In this document: positions 26,400-39,404 of the stretch, one piece after another | Layout: every line of letters starts with the position of its first letter | How positions within the stretch are numbered: the stretch's first letter is position 1 | Source of the DNA: Octopus sinensis | Taxonomy: Eukaryota | Reading direction: 5' to 3' | Assembly (NCBI RefSeq): GCF_006345805.1 | Contig: NC_043004.1 | Location: forward strand, 65,596,001 to 65,660,000 | Length of the DNA stretch: 64,000 bases | Notes under the pieces: model-generated | Seen by the model: only the letters and a program-made list of their open reading frames with translations | Databases searched by the model: none | What the model was told of the DNA's origin: nothing | Program-made: the position numbers and the translations under genes

Positions 26400-27595
26400 T
26401 TCAGGTAGGTGTCTAAGCAATCTTCCTTGTTATTGCCAGTTGTAAAAGTCCACGGCCTTCCTCTTTTCTTGGCAGATAAAGTCGTTCTAAATCTGACTTA
26501 GGGTGGTGCATTCTATGCATTGTCAACAGTTTTCGTATTTTTCTGTCAAGATTACATATTTCAGTAACTGACCAGTTAAGGATATTGAAACTGTAAGTCA
26601 CGACTGGTATGGCTAAATCATTGATCGCTTCGATCATGTTTCTCGCATTCAGCTCTGTCTTTAGTATTGCACTTACTCTGCGATAACATTCTCTCCTGAT
26701 CCTTTCCTTCATCACTGAATGCCTTATTCTGTCCCCTTCAATTACCCCTAGGTACTTGTAGCTCTCCGCTGGGTCTAATTCTTTTATGACATTCTACTGG
26801 TCAAGGTTAACGTTAGATGTTTCTGTCATTTTTCCTTCGATAAAGGTAGCTTTTGCACATTTATCGAGGCCAAATTGCATTCTGATGTCATCACTGAATT
26901 GTTTAACAATCGCTAGTAAGCCCTTGAGTTGTTGGTCATTTTTTGCAAAGAGCTTTAAATCATCCATGTAAATGAGATGATTTATATTTTTATCAAACAT
27001 TTTTATATCCGTACTGCGCGTCATTGAGCAATTTTGAGAGAGGTATCAAGGCTAAACAAAAGAGGAGTGGTGATAGGAGTCACCCTCGAAAATGCCAAAT
27101 GGAATTTTTACATCACCAGCATTTAGAGATTCATTGTCACTGTTTAAAGTTAGTGTGGTTCTCCATGATCTCATACTTACAGACAAAAAGTTTCGCAGAG
27201 TAGGCGCTATTTTATACATTTCCAGGCATTTCTTTATCCAGCTATGTGGTAGGCTATCAAAAGCCTTTTTATAGTCTATCCAGGCTATTGATAAGTTTTT
27301 GTGTCGTTTGTGACAATCTTCTAAGATCATCTTATTGATGAGTAGTTGATCTTTATAACCATAGAATCCATGTTTACATCCTTTCTGTTCATTTGGGAAT
27401 ATGCTGCTGTCTGTTGAAAACTATAGGTATATTCCGTCAGGACAGATGTTAGCGTTTTATACATAGTTGTTAAGCAGGTTATGGGTCTATAGTTTTTGGT
27501 TCATTTGTTTCTTCACTTTTTGGAAGCAGGAATGTTAACCCAGTAACTAGCCAAGGAGGTATCCTACTAGGGTGTTGCAAAATATCATTGTAAAG
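26400..27595 (-). mobile_element. R4/Dong-type non-LTR retrotransposon, frameshifted RT fragment
   Basis: [47 protein letters not shown] and RLYLPRKEEGRGL across frameshifted ORFs. (TTA)n lies at the 5' junction. Confidence 0.9.
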
Positions 27596-27604
27596 ATATT
27601 ATTA

Positions 27605-27652
<48 letters not shown>

Positions 27653-27687
27653 TATTATTATTATTATTATTATTATATTATTATTAT

Positions 27688-28381
27688 TCAGTAGTTTTAT
27701 TTTTATAGCGTGCTTTCACTTCACTACCGAGCGCAGCTCTGTGTGCCTTGGGTATGTGCTGTGATTTGTTGTGATGCTCTGATGGTTATTGTATGGAAAG
27801 TGTTCCCTGTAGGATGTGTGCAGTGCCTAGTAGTGCAATTTTCTGTATGTTATATGTGTTGTAAGTCCTGGTGTTTTTGTTATGTATTTGTCTGAATATT
27901 TTTTATCATGCCTAATGCACCTACTATGATAGGAATTGTTTCTGTTTTCAGGTTCCACATTCTAGTTACCTCTATTTCCAGGTCTTTGTATTTTGAGAGT
28001 TTCTCCATTTCTTTTAGAGACACGTTGTCATCTGCCGGTATTGATACATCAATTAGAAAGCATTTTTTTTCTTCATGATCTCTGACAACTATATCTGGTC
28101 TGTTGGCCTTAATTTCTCTATCTGTGTGTATCGGCATATCCCAGAGTATGGTTGCTTTCTCGTTTTCTGTGACCTTTTCTGGTGTGTGCCTATACCATCT
28201 TTTTTCTGTTGTTATTCCATAATGTTGGCATAGCTTCCAATGTATGTAGGTTCCAACTCTGTCATGTCTGTGAATATATTCCTTCTTAGCCAGGACTGGG
28301 CAGCTAGAGGTAATATGATTTATTGTTTCTTGTCCATCTCCACATATTCTGCAGTTACTTGTAATATTTCTTTTCATTACA
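27688..28381 (-). mobile_element. R4/Dong-type element, 5'-truncated 3' end (CCHC knuckle, restriction-like endonuclease, 3'UTR)
   Basis: CRICGDGQETINHITSSC, RHD, NRPDIVV..IDVSIP..EKLSKYKDL. Flanked on both sides by (TTA)n. Confidence 0.92.
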
Positions 28382-28401
28382 TTACATTCATTACTTTTCA
28401 T

Positions 28402-28463
<62 letters not shown>

Positions 28464-28488
28464 GTTGTTATTATTATTTTTATTATTA

Positions 28489-28559
<71 letters not shown>

Positions 28560-28561
<2 letters not shown>

Positions 28562-28752
28562 AGCGGTGATCTGGCGGAATCGTTATCGCGTCGGGCAAAA
28601 TACTTATCAGCATATCGTCCGTCTTTACGTTCTGAGTTCAAATGCCACTTCACCTTTCATCCTTTCGGGGTCGATCAAATATGTACCAGTTGATCTGTGA
28701 GGTTACTATAATCAACTTATCTCTTCCTTCGAAATTGCTGGCCTTGTGCTTA
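28560..28752 (+). mobile_element. SINE family A
   Basis: Head and cctttcatcctttcggggtcgat core present. Confidence 0.75.
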
Positions 28753-29314
28753 TTGTAGAATATAGGAATATTATAAAAGTGTTTAGTGTAAATAGCAGTA
28801 TTTTTGTAGGTTGAAAACACAGGCAATTCATTGAAATTTATCCCAAAGAAAGTTTAGGATGGTTATACCGTGTCCCACCCTGAGCTGACTGAATGTAGGT
28901 TGAGTAAAATGTTGAGGGAGGATTGAATGTGACACAAGAATAACATTTCTTGAAATTTGTAGCGAAGAATGATCTCACTAACATCATATTTGTTTGATTT
29001 TGTTGCCAACTTCCATTTTTACATTCGGTGGAATAGAAGACATACCCGTGCGTGTATTTAAATATGCAGATGTACTTTTGTGTGAATGTTTGTCAGGGTA
29101 GGATGGAGTGTGGAGATGTACGTTTGAGATGTACGTATGTGAGGAAACATTACTCTTTCAAATGTCTTAACTGATAGAATCTTGTTGATTTAGCGTGCAG
29201 TGGCATTCCGCCATTACTTTTTCACGTGTCATACGAAAGGCAAAACGCTGTTAGTAAGAATACATACATACAGACATATATATATATATATACATACATA
29301 CTCATACATACACA

Positions 29315-29385
<71 letters not shown>

Positions 29386-29490
29386 GGGGGCATTATTGTA
29401 ATCATTCTTACTATTATTGGACGAGAGAACAACGCATGCCATCAAAGTGACACTGGAGTACAAATATACAAAGCCCAATATACACACTAT

Positions 29491-29522
<32 letters not shown>

Positions 29523-29759
29523 TTATTATCATTATTGTTATTACTATTAGTATTCTTTTTTCTATTGTTATTATTTATTAAAGACTCGCAGATTAGTTAG
29601 GTGGGTATAGTGGAAAGTGTCAGCATTCCACAGCCAACAGATTAAGGTGACTCTTGTTTACTGGTCATGCTTCAAGAATTCAGCGAAAAATTCTTACAGT
29701 TTCAAGTAATACTGATTTTTGTAGGTGTTCTCCCTTCACACTTGCCCCAATATTTTTAG

Positions 29760-29771
29760 CCATCTATCTCC

Positions 29772-29855
<84 letters not shown>

Positions 29856-29866
29856 ATCTATCTATC

Positions 29867-29897
<31 letters not shown>

Positions 29898-29906
29898 CTA
29901 TCTATC

Positions 29907-29943
<37 letters not shown>

Positions 29944-30000
29944 CTCTGTCTGTCCTTCTGTCTGTCTCTCTGTCTGTATGTCTGTCTGTCTGTCTGTCTT
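29760..30000. repeat. (TATC)n/(TGTC)n microsatellite
   Basis: Direct reading. Confidence 0.95.
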
Positions 30001-30269
30001 TCTATTGTGACAATGTAGTTGCCTGTATTTGTGAGAATGTAGTTATTTGTATTTCTTATTTTTTAAATATTTTATGTCTTTTATACTATTCATACATATT
30101 AGAGTAATTTCCCTTTTATTCAACGTTTTTATTTTTACATAGCATCTCTCGTCAAAAATTACCGAAGAAAATGCCCCGAAGCTTTTAGCTGCGGCATTTG
30201 AAACTCTGAGTTCTATTATGACAACTTACTGATTGTCCTCTACTATATATATATATATATATATATATA

Positions 30270-30470
30270 AGCAATAATAAATCTCTGAACGATATAAACA
30301 GTAACTGCACGACAATGTGATGTATACTTGCCATCTCAATATGGCTAACCACTAAGGGTGGGTGTTACTGTGTGCCTAAAGCCAGCTGTAGACGATGTTC
30401 TCCTGGGGCTACAAGCTACAGTAACACCCACACTTAGTGGTTAGCCATATTGAGATGGCTAGTATACTTT
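30270..30470. mobile_element. Diverged inverted-arm relative of the 353-bp unit (no ribozyme retained)
   Basis: ttgccatctcaatatggctaaccactaagggtgggtgttactgt matches unit ttgccatttcaatatggctaacccctaagggtggatgctactgt. 50-bp arms at 30322-30371 and 30418-30467. Confidence 0.75.
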
Positions 30471-30481
30471 ACGTTATATAT

Positions 30482-30514
<33 letters not shown>

Positions 30515-30704
30515 ATAATAATAGTTATCGCCATACTAATATGGCATTCTTATAAAAATAAGAATAAAGCTGTCCGCTTATTAGCTCCATGAGGCCATCG
30601 CCTTAAGTTAGCTATTTGATACACAAACTGTATCCATATAACCTTCGAACAAGGGAGACTTAGTAATTTTAATATTTCTATTATATATATATATGATTGA
30701 TTGA

Positions 30705-30747
30705 TTCTAGTTTCAGCTTATGAGCTGTGGCCATGGTGGGGCACCGC

Positions 30748-30810
<63 letters not shown>

Positions 30811-30942
30811 TGTATGTATATACTCACACTCACACAGAGTTTCTGTCTACCACATCCACTTATAAGGTTTTGGTCGAACCGAGGCGACTATAGAAACTGA
30901 ACCCGGAGCAATGTGGTTGGGAAGCAAGCTTCTTACCACGCA
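30705..30942 (-). mobile_element. SINE family B, fragmentary
   Basis: Tail fragment, microsatellite, head fragment. Confidence 0.65.
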
Positions 30943-31143
30943 TTCATACAATCATGTGTGTATGAGTAGATTAATAGACATACAAACACATGTATAGTTA
31001 CAAAAGTTTCCTCACACTCCCCCTCCTATTCTCTGTTTGACATTTCACCTTCATTTCCCCCACGCTCTGCAGTTTTACTTTCTTAACATAAAATTTTTGT
31101 CCTTCTTTGTCTCTCTCAATCTCCGCCCGTAAATCTCTTTTTC

Positions 31144-31208
<65 letters not shown>

Positions 31209-31228
31209 TAATAATAATAATAATAATA

Positions 31229-31294
<66 letters not shown>
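31144..31294. repeat. (AAT)n followed directly by (ATT)n
   Basis: Strand flip at about 31230. Confidence 0.9.
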
Positions 31295-31295
<1 letters not shown>

Positions 31296-33022
31296 TAATT
31301 CTGTTCCTTCTCAATCTTGTTATTTCCCTTCTGCCCTTCCATTGAATGTAATTCTATGGAATGGCATAATGAAATGAAACACAAAAGTTGTCACATATTA
31401 GGTGCCTGCCGTAATATTACACGTAATTCTATAGACTCAACTGTAAAACCTTTAATGGACGGAGAGTTAAGGTAACATAATTATAATTTCAACTCAGACC
31501 AGTTTAGGGACATAAGTAGATTCGGCCATCTCTCGTAAAAGACCGAAAATAAAATTGAAAGGACTAAAGGAAATAAAAGGAAATACGTTTTAAACTATAA
31601 TAGGTACAGTGTAAGAGAGGAATGCAAAGGAAGAGGATCAGGAACAGTAAAGAATATTACAAATACCAAAAAAAAAAAAAATGAGATTAGTTTAGGAATT
31701 TCGTTTGGTTATAATAGAGTCGGTGCTTGGTTTGTTTTTATTATATTTCTTAATGCTTTTCTTTTTCCTTTTCTTTTTTTCAAGTCTTTAGTTTCTATTT
31801 GTGTTGCAAACACGAACCGCAAAATGAAAGACAGGGATGGAAAAAGCAAGCGTAAAAAGTGAAATGTAGATGAGAAGGGGGTAAAAATTTTAGAGCAGGG
31901 GAGACAGTAGGAGGAAGGAAAACGGTGGGTCTTTTCGAAATTCTGGCACCTTCTGGAGAATGCATTAGAGAAATTCTTTAGAATATTCTAGAAATGTTGG
32001 TTTCCCAACTGAATTTTACGTTTGTTTCCCAGCTGAATTTTACGTGTGTTAAATGATATTGACCTGTTTTTGTAACCTTCATTTTCTTTCCTACACGATC
32101 CCTTCATTATATATTACACGACACAGTTCCGTTTTATATAATGAGAAACAGAGCGTGGGGGAAAATGAAATACGGAAAAGGAAAGAGAAAAGGAAACCTA
32201 AAGAAATACGCAAAATAGTGAGAAAATGGAAATTATGTATGCATCAGGAAATAAGCAGCATAATATATGTGACTTGTTTTTATTCGTTAGAAGGAGTATG
32301 AGTTGTAGCAATTTTTAGCCTGACTACAAGCAGCGTATTTACAGGAAAAAAAAGTAATTGAATGATCTACAAAATGGCGGCGTTTCATTTTTGTTTTTCA
32401 GTCGTGCGCGAATAGGTTGATGAGGTGAAAATGATAGCAAAGTTGATCAGTGGGCGGTGCGCTTGAAACAGTAAAATAATGTATGTAAAAAGCTCAAGAT
32501 TCGAAGAGATTGATTAAATTCGAGTGATGAATGACTTTTAGGAATTATATGTTATGCTTGTTGTTGCCCTACAAATCCTAAATATTAATAAGCATTAGAA
32601 TATATACCTGTATATCGGCGTGTGTGTAGACACACATATTCATTAATATATATTATTCATATATATGCATTAGCCACTACACATTCTTTATTTTCTTTCC
32701 TTGTTTCTTTCTGTGTTCCTTTCTGTGGAAGAGCGTAGGATCGAAAAGTTAAAGACTTTCACTTCCCGAGCGTTATACTAATACATCTGTTTGTTGTCTA
32801 CACCACCTGTCTTCGTCTTTTGTATTTTTTTGTGAATTCTCCCCCCTATATATATTTATAATCAACCGAAATTGCGAGGATAATCTGGTACTTGACTTAG
32901 GAACGAAAAATTTGAACAAGCCGTCCTTGTTTTCGTTGCGATGTTTTGTTTTCGTTGGATGTTAGTTGTCCCTTTTTGTATTACATAGCTGTCCGGATGT
33001 TTTGCGTTCTTGTCCCAGTTTG

Positions 33023-33083
<61 letters not shown>

Positions 33084-33802
33084 TGCATTTGTGCGTGTGA
33101 GTGTATGATTGTATGTATGAGTATGTATATTATGCTTGTATGTGCGTGCGCATTTGTATGAAAATACAAAAATCGAATCGTTGCTCATTGAGAACAGGCA
33201 CCTCTGAATAAATGATCGAACTGATGCCAAATCCGATTCACGAAGGATTTTTATACAAGTGAATAAGTCACTAGTAATATCACTTGTAGAGGCTTAAAAA
33301 TCGTTACTTTTTTAAACAACTCAATGTCGCGTGCTCTGGAATTCATAATGCCGGAGCGAAATTCGGTTTCCATGACTGAAATTATAAAACTTTCCCAGAG
33401 CAGAATGCCTATTTTTGGAACACATATGCAGCTCAGGAGACTTGTCCAACATGAAATGAAGTGTTTTGTTCAAGAAACCGAAGTGCTGTCCATTCAGAGA
33501 ATCCAAACCACAAACAAACGATTGTGTATGCAAACACCCCAACCAATAGGCCACCCGCTTTCACGTTTTAATTTAACGAGTACTATATTAGTGAATTCAT
33601 CCAGAGCAAAAGTAATTATTGCTAATTAACAGTTTAACTAAATTAATCTCACAATCCTCGTAATGTGACCATTTTAATGACTGTGGATCGTTTTATTTAT
33701 AGATCAATATCCTACGTTTTATTTTATCCGTGAGAGTTGCAATTTGAACTATAGACACTTCACGAAGTTGTAGTTGTTTGAATATTAAGAAATAGCGATG
33801 TT

Positions 33803-34215
33803 GCGCAGGAGTGGCTATGTGGTAAGTAGCTTTTTTACCAACCACATGGTTTAGTGTTCATTCCCACTGCGTGGCAATTGAGCAAGTGTCTTGTGCTATA
33901 GCCTCGGGCAGACCAAAGCCTTGTGAGTGGATTTGGTAGATGGAAATTGAAGGAAGCCCGTCGTACTTATGTATATATATGTATGTGTGTGTATATGTTT
34001 TTGTGTGATGTGTTTGTCCCCCCACTACACCATCGCTTGACAACCGATGCTGGTGTGTTTACGTCCCCGTAACTTAGCAGTTCGGCAAAAAAGACCGATA
34101 GAATAAGTACTAGGCTTACAAAGAATAAGTCCTGGGGTCGATTTGCTCGACTAAAAGCGGTACTCCAGCATGGCCGCAGTCAAATGACTGAAGCAAATAA
34201 AATAGTAAAGAGAGT
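33803..34215 (+). mobile_element. SINE family B, full length
   Basis: Colinear with 23750-24149. Confidence 0.9.
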
Positions 34216-36235
34216 ATGCTCGTTCATAAAACTAGCAATATTTGAGCGAGTGTTGCGAAAATGAACATGGGAGCATATCTAAAGAAGCAACGCCAATCTA
34301 GAATCCTCTTATTCAACGTAATCTTGACGTTTTCTAATATTCCAAAGGAATCAGACGAAGATTTTCTTACATTTATGCTGCCTTCTGTTTGTTACTTTTC
34401 CTATGATCGGAAAGACTTCCTTTCTCGAACGTTTTTTCACATTATCCTCCGTCAGCATTCTTATTTACTAGCTTAAACTTTGTAATTGGCCTCATGTATC
34501 ACGTTTAATCTATATTGGAGGCTATTTTTGATTGGTGCATATAACGCTTCGTTTTTAGAATTTGCACCTCTTAGCACTTGTGTTCATTTGGCTAATGCGT
34601 TCACTTCTGTAATATGTTCACCTGTGTTATTTGTTCACTAGTGTATTGTGTTCAATTGCGTAATGTGTTCACATGTATAACGTGTTCACCACTCACTTCC
34701 TTCTACTTACGCATGAATTAGACGCTGCCAGCAGTTTAATTGCTAAACATAAGGACATATTTCCTGTGTCCTTATGTTTACAATGGGAAGATAAGCACCT
34801 CTACCCAGCTAAGCCAACACCCAGAGAAGTAGCATGATATGTTCCATTGTGATTTCTGCTTCAAAACGGTGTTTCTAATGATAAGGTCCTGCTCGCAGCA
34901 GCAGTCCAAGCTCAGCATTAGAATCGCCCGCCAGTTAAAATAAGTTTTCCCTCTGGAGCACACTGTTATTTTCAGAGACTGTAGATAAAATGTATTAGGT
35001 TAAAATGGTTTATCACAGTTGGAGCACACACACTAATGAAGACAGAAGATTATCCATTCTCGTCGGGAAATTTCAAAGTGGCGAGAGCGTCTCTAATATC
35101 ATTTTGATAAATAGCACAAATAATTAGAACGTATTCTTATTAGATCACAAGATTCGTATGCATTCAGCCTGCCAAAAACGGAGCTGAGTATATGTATTCC
35201 AGAAATGTTTGCTTTGGTAATGTCTACCGCCGCAACTATTACTCTATCTCTAAAGCAAGGTATTATAGGAAGACATGTTTCAGGATGAACACAGGAGATT
35301 TAAAGATCAGGAAACTCAAAACTGAAACTAGAATCTGCTTTATAATATAATTAATCTTGACTTGGTATCTAAATTTGCATGACTTCTTCTTCAAGCGTAG
35401 AAATAGAATAAGCTGTCATGTAAAACTTACAGAAGGTATATATATATATATACGATTAGTGAGCTGGTTAGATAAATAGACAGGCAGAGGGTAGACAGTC
35501 ACAAATTAGAAGTACGGCCGGTTTGAATGTATATTATCTGATAAACAGAAACTAATCTCGACAGAACTCCTCACCTCATGTCAAAAACAAATTATATATA
35601 AATAGATATACATGGAAGAGGATGACTGTGGAAATGGGTTTGTATATAAGTGTATGAGTGTATTTTAGGTGTATGTATATATATATACGGTGTATGTGCG
35701 AGAGAAAGAGAGTCTGAGTAAGCGTATGTGTATGGTAATTTGGGTTATGACATGATGTCTAAAACGAGCTATTTCACGGGTACTTTCAGAGGCCCCACCA
35801 CATATACATACACATGCATATAGCACATACATGTTTCTCTCCCTCTCTTTCTATCTATCTATTTATCTATCTATTTTTGGGTATATATATATATATAATA
35901 TAATATAATATAATATAATATATATATATATATATGTATATGTATATATATGTATATATATATGTATATATATATTTAAATACCCTATTGAATTTGTGTG
36001 TATATATGTGTGTGTGTATGTGTGCGTGCGTATGTGTTTATGTGTACTTCATATGCATAAGATATATATATATATGCGTATAAACACACGCACATATATG
36101 TATATAGTTGCTGCCAACAAATTGCAATTTGTTTCCTTAGTATTAAGGAACATTCCAGAGAATTCTGTTCAGCAACGAAATCTGTTGTCAGTCTTGATTA
36201 AAAGAGATGCTTTAATTTTACTAAATGACCGTCCG

Positions 36236-36631
36236 TACTTTACTCTTTTACTCTTTTAATTGTTTCAGTAATTTGACTGCGGCAATGCTGGAGTACCGCC
36301 TTTAGTCGAGCAAATCAGCCTCAGGACTTATTCTTTGTAAGCCTAGTACTTATTCTATCGGTTTCTTTTACGGGGACGTAAACACACCAGCATCGGTTGT
36401 CAAGCGATGGTGGGGGAGAAACACAGACACACAAACATACACACAAACATACACATATGTTATATACATATATACGACGGGCTTCTTTCAATTTCCGTCT
36501 ACCAAATCCCCTCACAAGGCTTTGACCTGCCTGAGGCTATAATAGAAGACACTTGCACAAGGTGCCACGCAGTGGGAATGAACCCGGAACCATGTGGTTG
36601 GTAAGCAAGCTACTTACCACACAGCCACCCC
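36236..36631 (-). mobile_element. SINE family B, near full length
   Basis: Reverse complement of family B. Confidence 0.9.
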
Positions 36632-36804
36632 ATTTGACTAAAATATATACATATACATACATATATTCACACACATACACGTATCTATCTATCTATCTAT
36701 CTGTCTGTCTGTCTGTCTCTCTGTCTGTCTCTCTGTCTCTCTCTCTCTCTACATATATATATATATATATATGGGTATTTGCTAGTTGTGTTTAATAAAA
36801 CAGC

Positions 36805-37060
36805 TCATTGATAAATCATTCCCTCATTTGAAATAGTGACCCCGCGAGATAATACACCGGACCCAGCATTCCTGCACGCTTGGAGGCCGGCCTGGAAGTC
36901 ATCTTCCGTAAGCGAACCGTTCACCTTCTGCGATTTGCTCCGAATCTCGACAATGGTGTTCAAACGGCGAAGTGGTGATAAATCTGAGAAACAGAATGGG
37001 TGCGGAAGCGTTACCATGTTGTTTTGGGTGAGAAACTGACGACTGAGTTTTGCAATATGA
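36805..37060 (-). pseudogene. Mariner transposase relic, 3' part
   Basis: RQFLTQNNMVTLPHPFCFSDLSP (degenerate HPPYSPDLAP), then RRLNTIVEIRSKSQKV..SLTEDDFQAG. Confidence 0.7.
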
Positions 37061-37176
37061 AAAATAGCTTGTGACTGTACGGTGAGTTACCCGCTCTATG
37101 GACAAATATTGCGAGTCCCTACTTTTACTTACATATTGATTATTAGATGGCAATATATATTGTGTAATATATATAT

Positions 37177-38304
37177 ATGTATATATATGCAGGTTTATAT
37201 AGGGATGACGGCCTTATAGCCACGCATAATCTAAACGGCCATGAATCAGATAGACTTAGGAAGGACCTTATAGCTTTCTTTCAAAGGATGGGCTTACGGG
37301 TTACGATAGATGCTAACCTGAATAGTGTAGATTTTTTAGACGTAAATTTTAATGTAAGATCGGATAGATTTAAACCTTTCCGTAAGCCCAATGAAAAGCT
37401 ATCGTATATTAGCAAAGATTCGAACCATCCACCAGTTATCCTTAGCAACTTAGTCAGCAATGTAGGTAGAAGAATATCTTCAATTTCTTCGGACGAGGCA
37501 GCATTCCATAATGCTGCACCTTATTACGATAGCGCATTAAAGAATAGTGGATTCTCTGAGAAGATCTAGTTCAACCAGCTTAATGCTGATAATAATGCTG
37601 AACGAAGAACTAGGACCAGGAAAGTTTTGTGGTTCAACCCGGCTTTCAATTTGGCCGTAAATACTAATATAGGTGAGGAATTTTTGAGATTAGTCTCTAA
37701 GCATTTTAAGCAGGGTCATAAATTCTACAGAATATTTAATAGAAGAACCCTGAAGGTTAGCTATTCTTGTTGCAGAAATTTCGCCTCTTACATTAGCCAA
37801 CATAATAGGAAGCTAATTGAGATTAGACATGGTGCCGAGCCCATTAAGAAATGTAATTTCAAAAACGAAAGCTCCTGTCCGTTAGAAGGGAAATGTCTAG
37901 TGAAAGGAGTAGTTTATAGAGCCAAGGTGCAAGTGGAAGGCTCATCGGAATACAAGACATACACAGGGGCTTCAGAAAATTCATTTAAAACAAGATTTTA
38001 TTCTCATAAAAATTCATTTAAATACCCAGAGAATAGGAAGAAAACCAGCCTAGCAAAATATGTCTGGGAACTAAAAGAAAAGGAAGCCCCACTTTTCAAC
38101 GTGACATGGAGCATTCTGGACAGGGCGGCACCATACAGGCATGGAGCTTACAAAAATAATTTCAAGTGCAGACTTTGTCTATTAGAAAAAATGTACATCT
38201 TATTCAAAGACAATAATTCTTTGAATCAAAGAAGTGAGTTAATGAACTTATGTAGGCACGCGGCTAAATTTAAAATGTCGAATATAAATATACCATATGG
38301 ATAG
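37177..38304 (+). mobile_element. 5'-truncated Penelope-like retroelement (RT C-terminal half plus GIY-YIG endonuclease), probably Naiad clade
   Basis: GLYRDDGL catalytic motif, VDFLDV, RKPN..YI...SNHPP, WFNP, a Cys-rich linker (CNF..CPLEGKC), VYRAKV...YTG (GIY-YIG-like), FKTRFYSH, CRLC and CRH. The two track ORFs are one frame split by a single TAG at 37567-37569. Confidence 0.88.
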
Positions 38305-39404
38305 AGTATATATTTTGTATTTTTGATTTTTGATTTTGATTTTGACTCTTGAGCGCTACGACGGATTTATAGCAAAGTCTTATGTTTATACATATATATT
38401 AGGAAAAACCTACAAACTTTGTTTTCATGTTATTGTATTGCATAGGATTACCTTGATTATTTATATTACCTTGATTATTTATAAATGACCCAAAATAGAA
38501 TGTTATATTTTATTTTATATGTCTTTCGTATATATTTTTATTAATGCACCCATTTTTAAAAGCAATGTTTTTTAAAAAAAGCAATGTTGTCAAAATTAGA
38601 ATGTTTATATAAGTATGTGTATAGCAAAGCATATGTATTTGTAAGCATGCGTATCTGTGTATGTGTAAGTGAAAGTATGTTTGTGCTTAAGCACACATAT
38701 ACACGACGGTATGTATATGTATCCATTCAAACTTGTGTATGTATACTGGTCTCTATAGATGCCAATAACACAGTTACACTGCTTGTATACAAAAATTTTT
38801 TTCTTATTTCGTTTTTTTCCCCACCCCTCCTTCGTTCCTTTTTCTCTCTCTCCCTTTCTTTCGTTCCCCCTCCTTGCCCAGTATATGAGAATTGCTACAT
38901 AGATGAATTTTAGCTTGCGTGCGAGACGGTTTGCGTGAATATATGTACACATGCTTTTATGTGTATATTTAGATTTATATTCATACGTCTGTATATGTAT
39001 GTATGGCGTTTACGCGCATCCTTTTGTGTATGTTGATATATATATGTAGATTTTAATATAAATATGTATTGCAGTATTTATAACAGGTTTAATTTCTATG
39101 CATTAATTTGCACTGTCTTCATTAACGTCAATAGGTTTTTTCCTCGGATTTTATAATTTTTATAAGTTTTTTATTTATATATATACATATATTTTTGACC
39201 TTTTTGTTTATCGCTCGAAGATTGACCGTTTTTTCTAAAGGGCCAATCAAACAAGTCCATTTCTTTTTAAAGGTGTAGCGTTTGTAAGAGTATAGATTGA
39301 ATTGATATATCAGTTCCATTCTAGCAAAAACTGTCTTGAAAGAGGCGCATAAATAAAAATATATAAAAAATATTAATATACGCATATAATATGTATATAT
39401 ATCT

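Noticed and set aside
32380-32400. aaaatggcggcg YY1-like/promoter motif
   Set aside because: A single short motif with no CpG island or downstream gene.
33324-33629. 101-aa ORF
   Set aside because: It overlaps an old minus-strand SINE (about 33430-33570: head plus cttgaacaaaacacttc CORE-like motif).
37567-37569. Selenocysteine recoding in the Naiad-like ORF
   Set aside because: The stop is TAG rather than TGA, and I recognised no SECIS.
38330-38390. pLTR hammerhead downstream of the PLE ORF (GCTA...TAGC-AAAG)
   Set aside because: Only a stem-II-like pair remains; the core is not recognisable.
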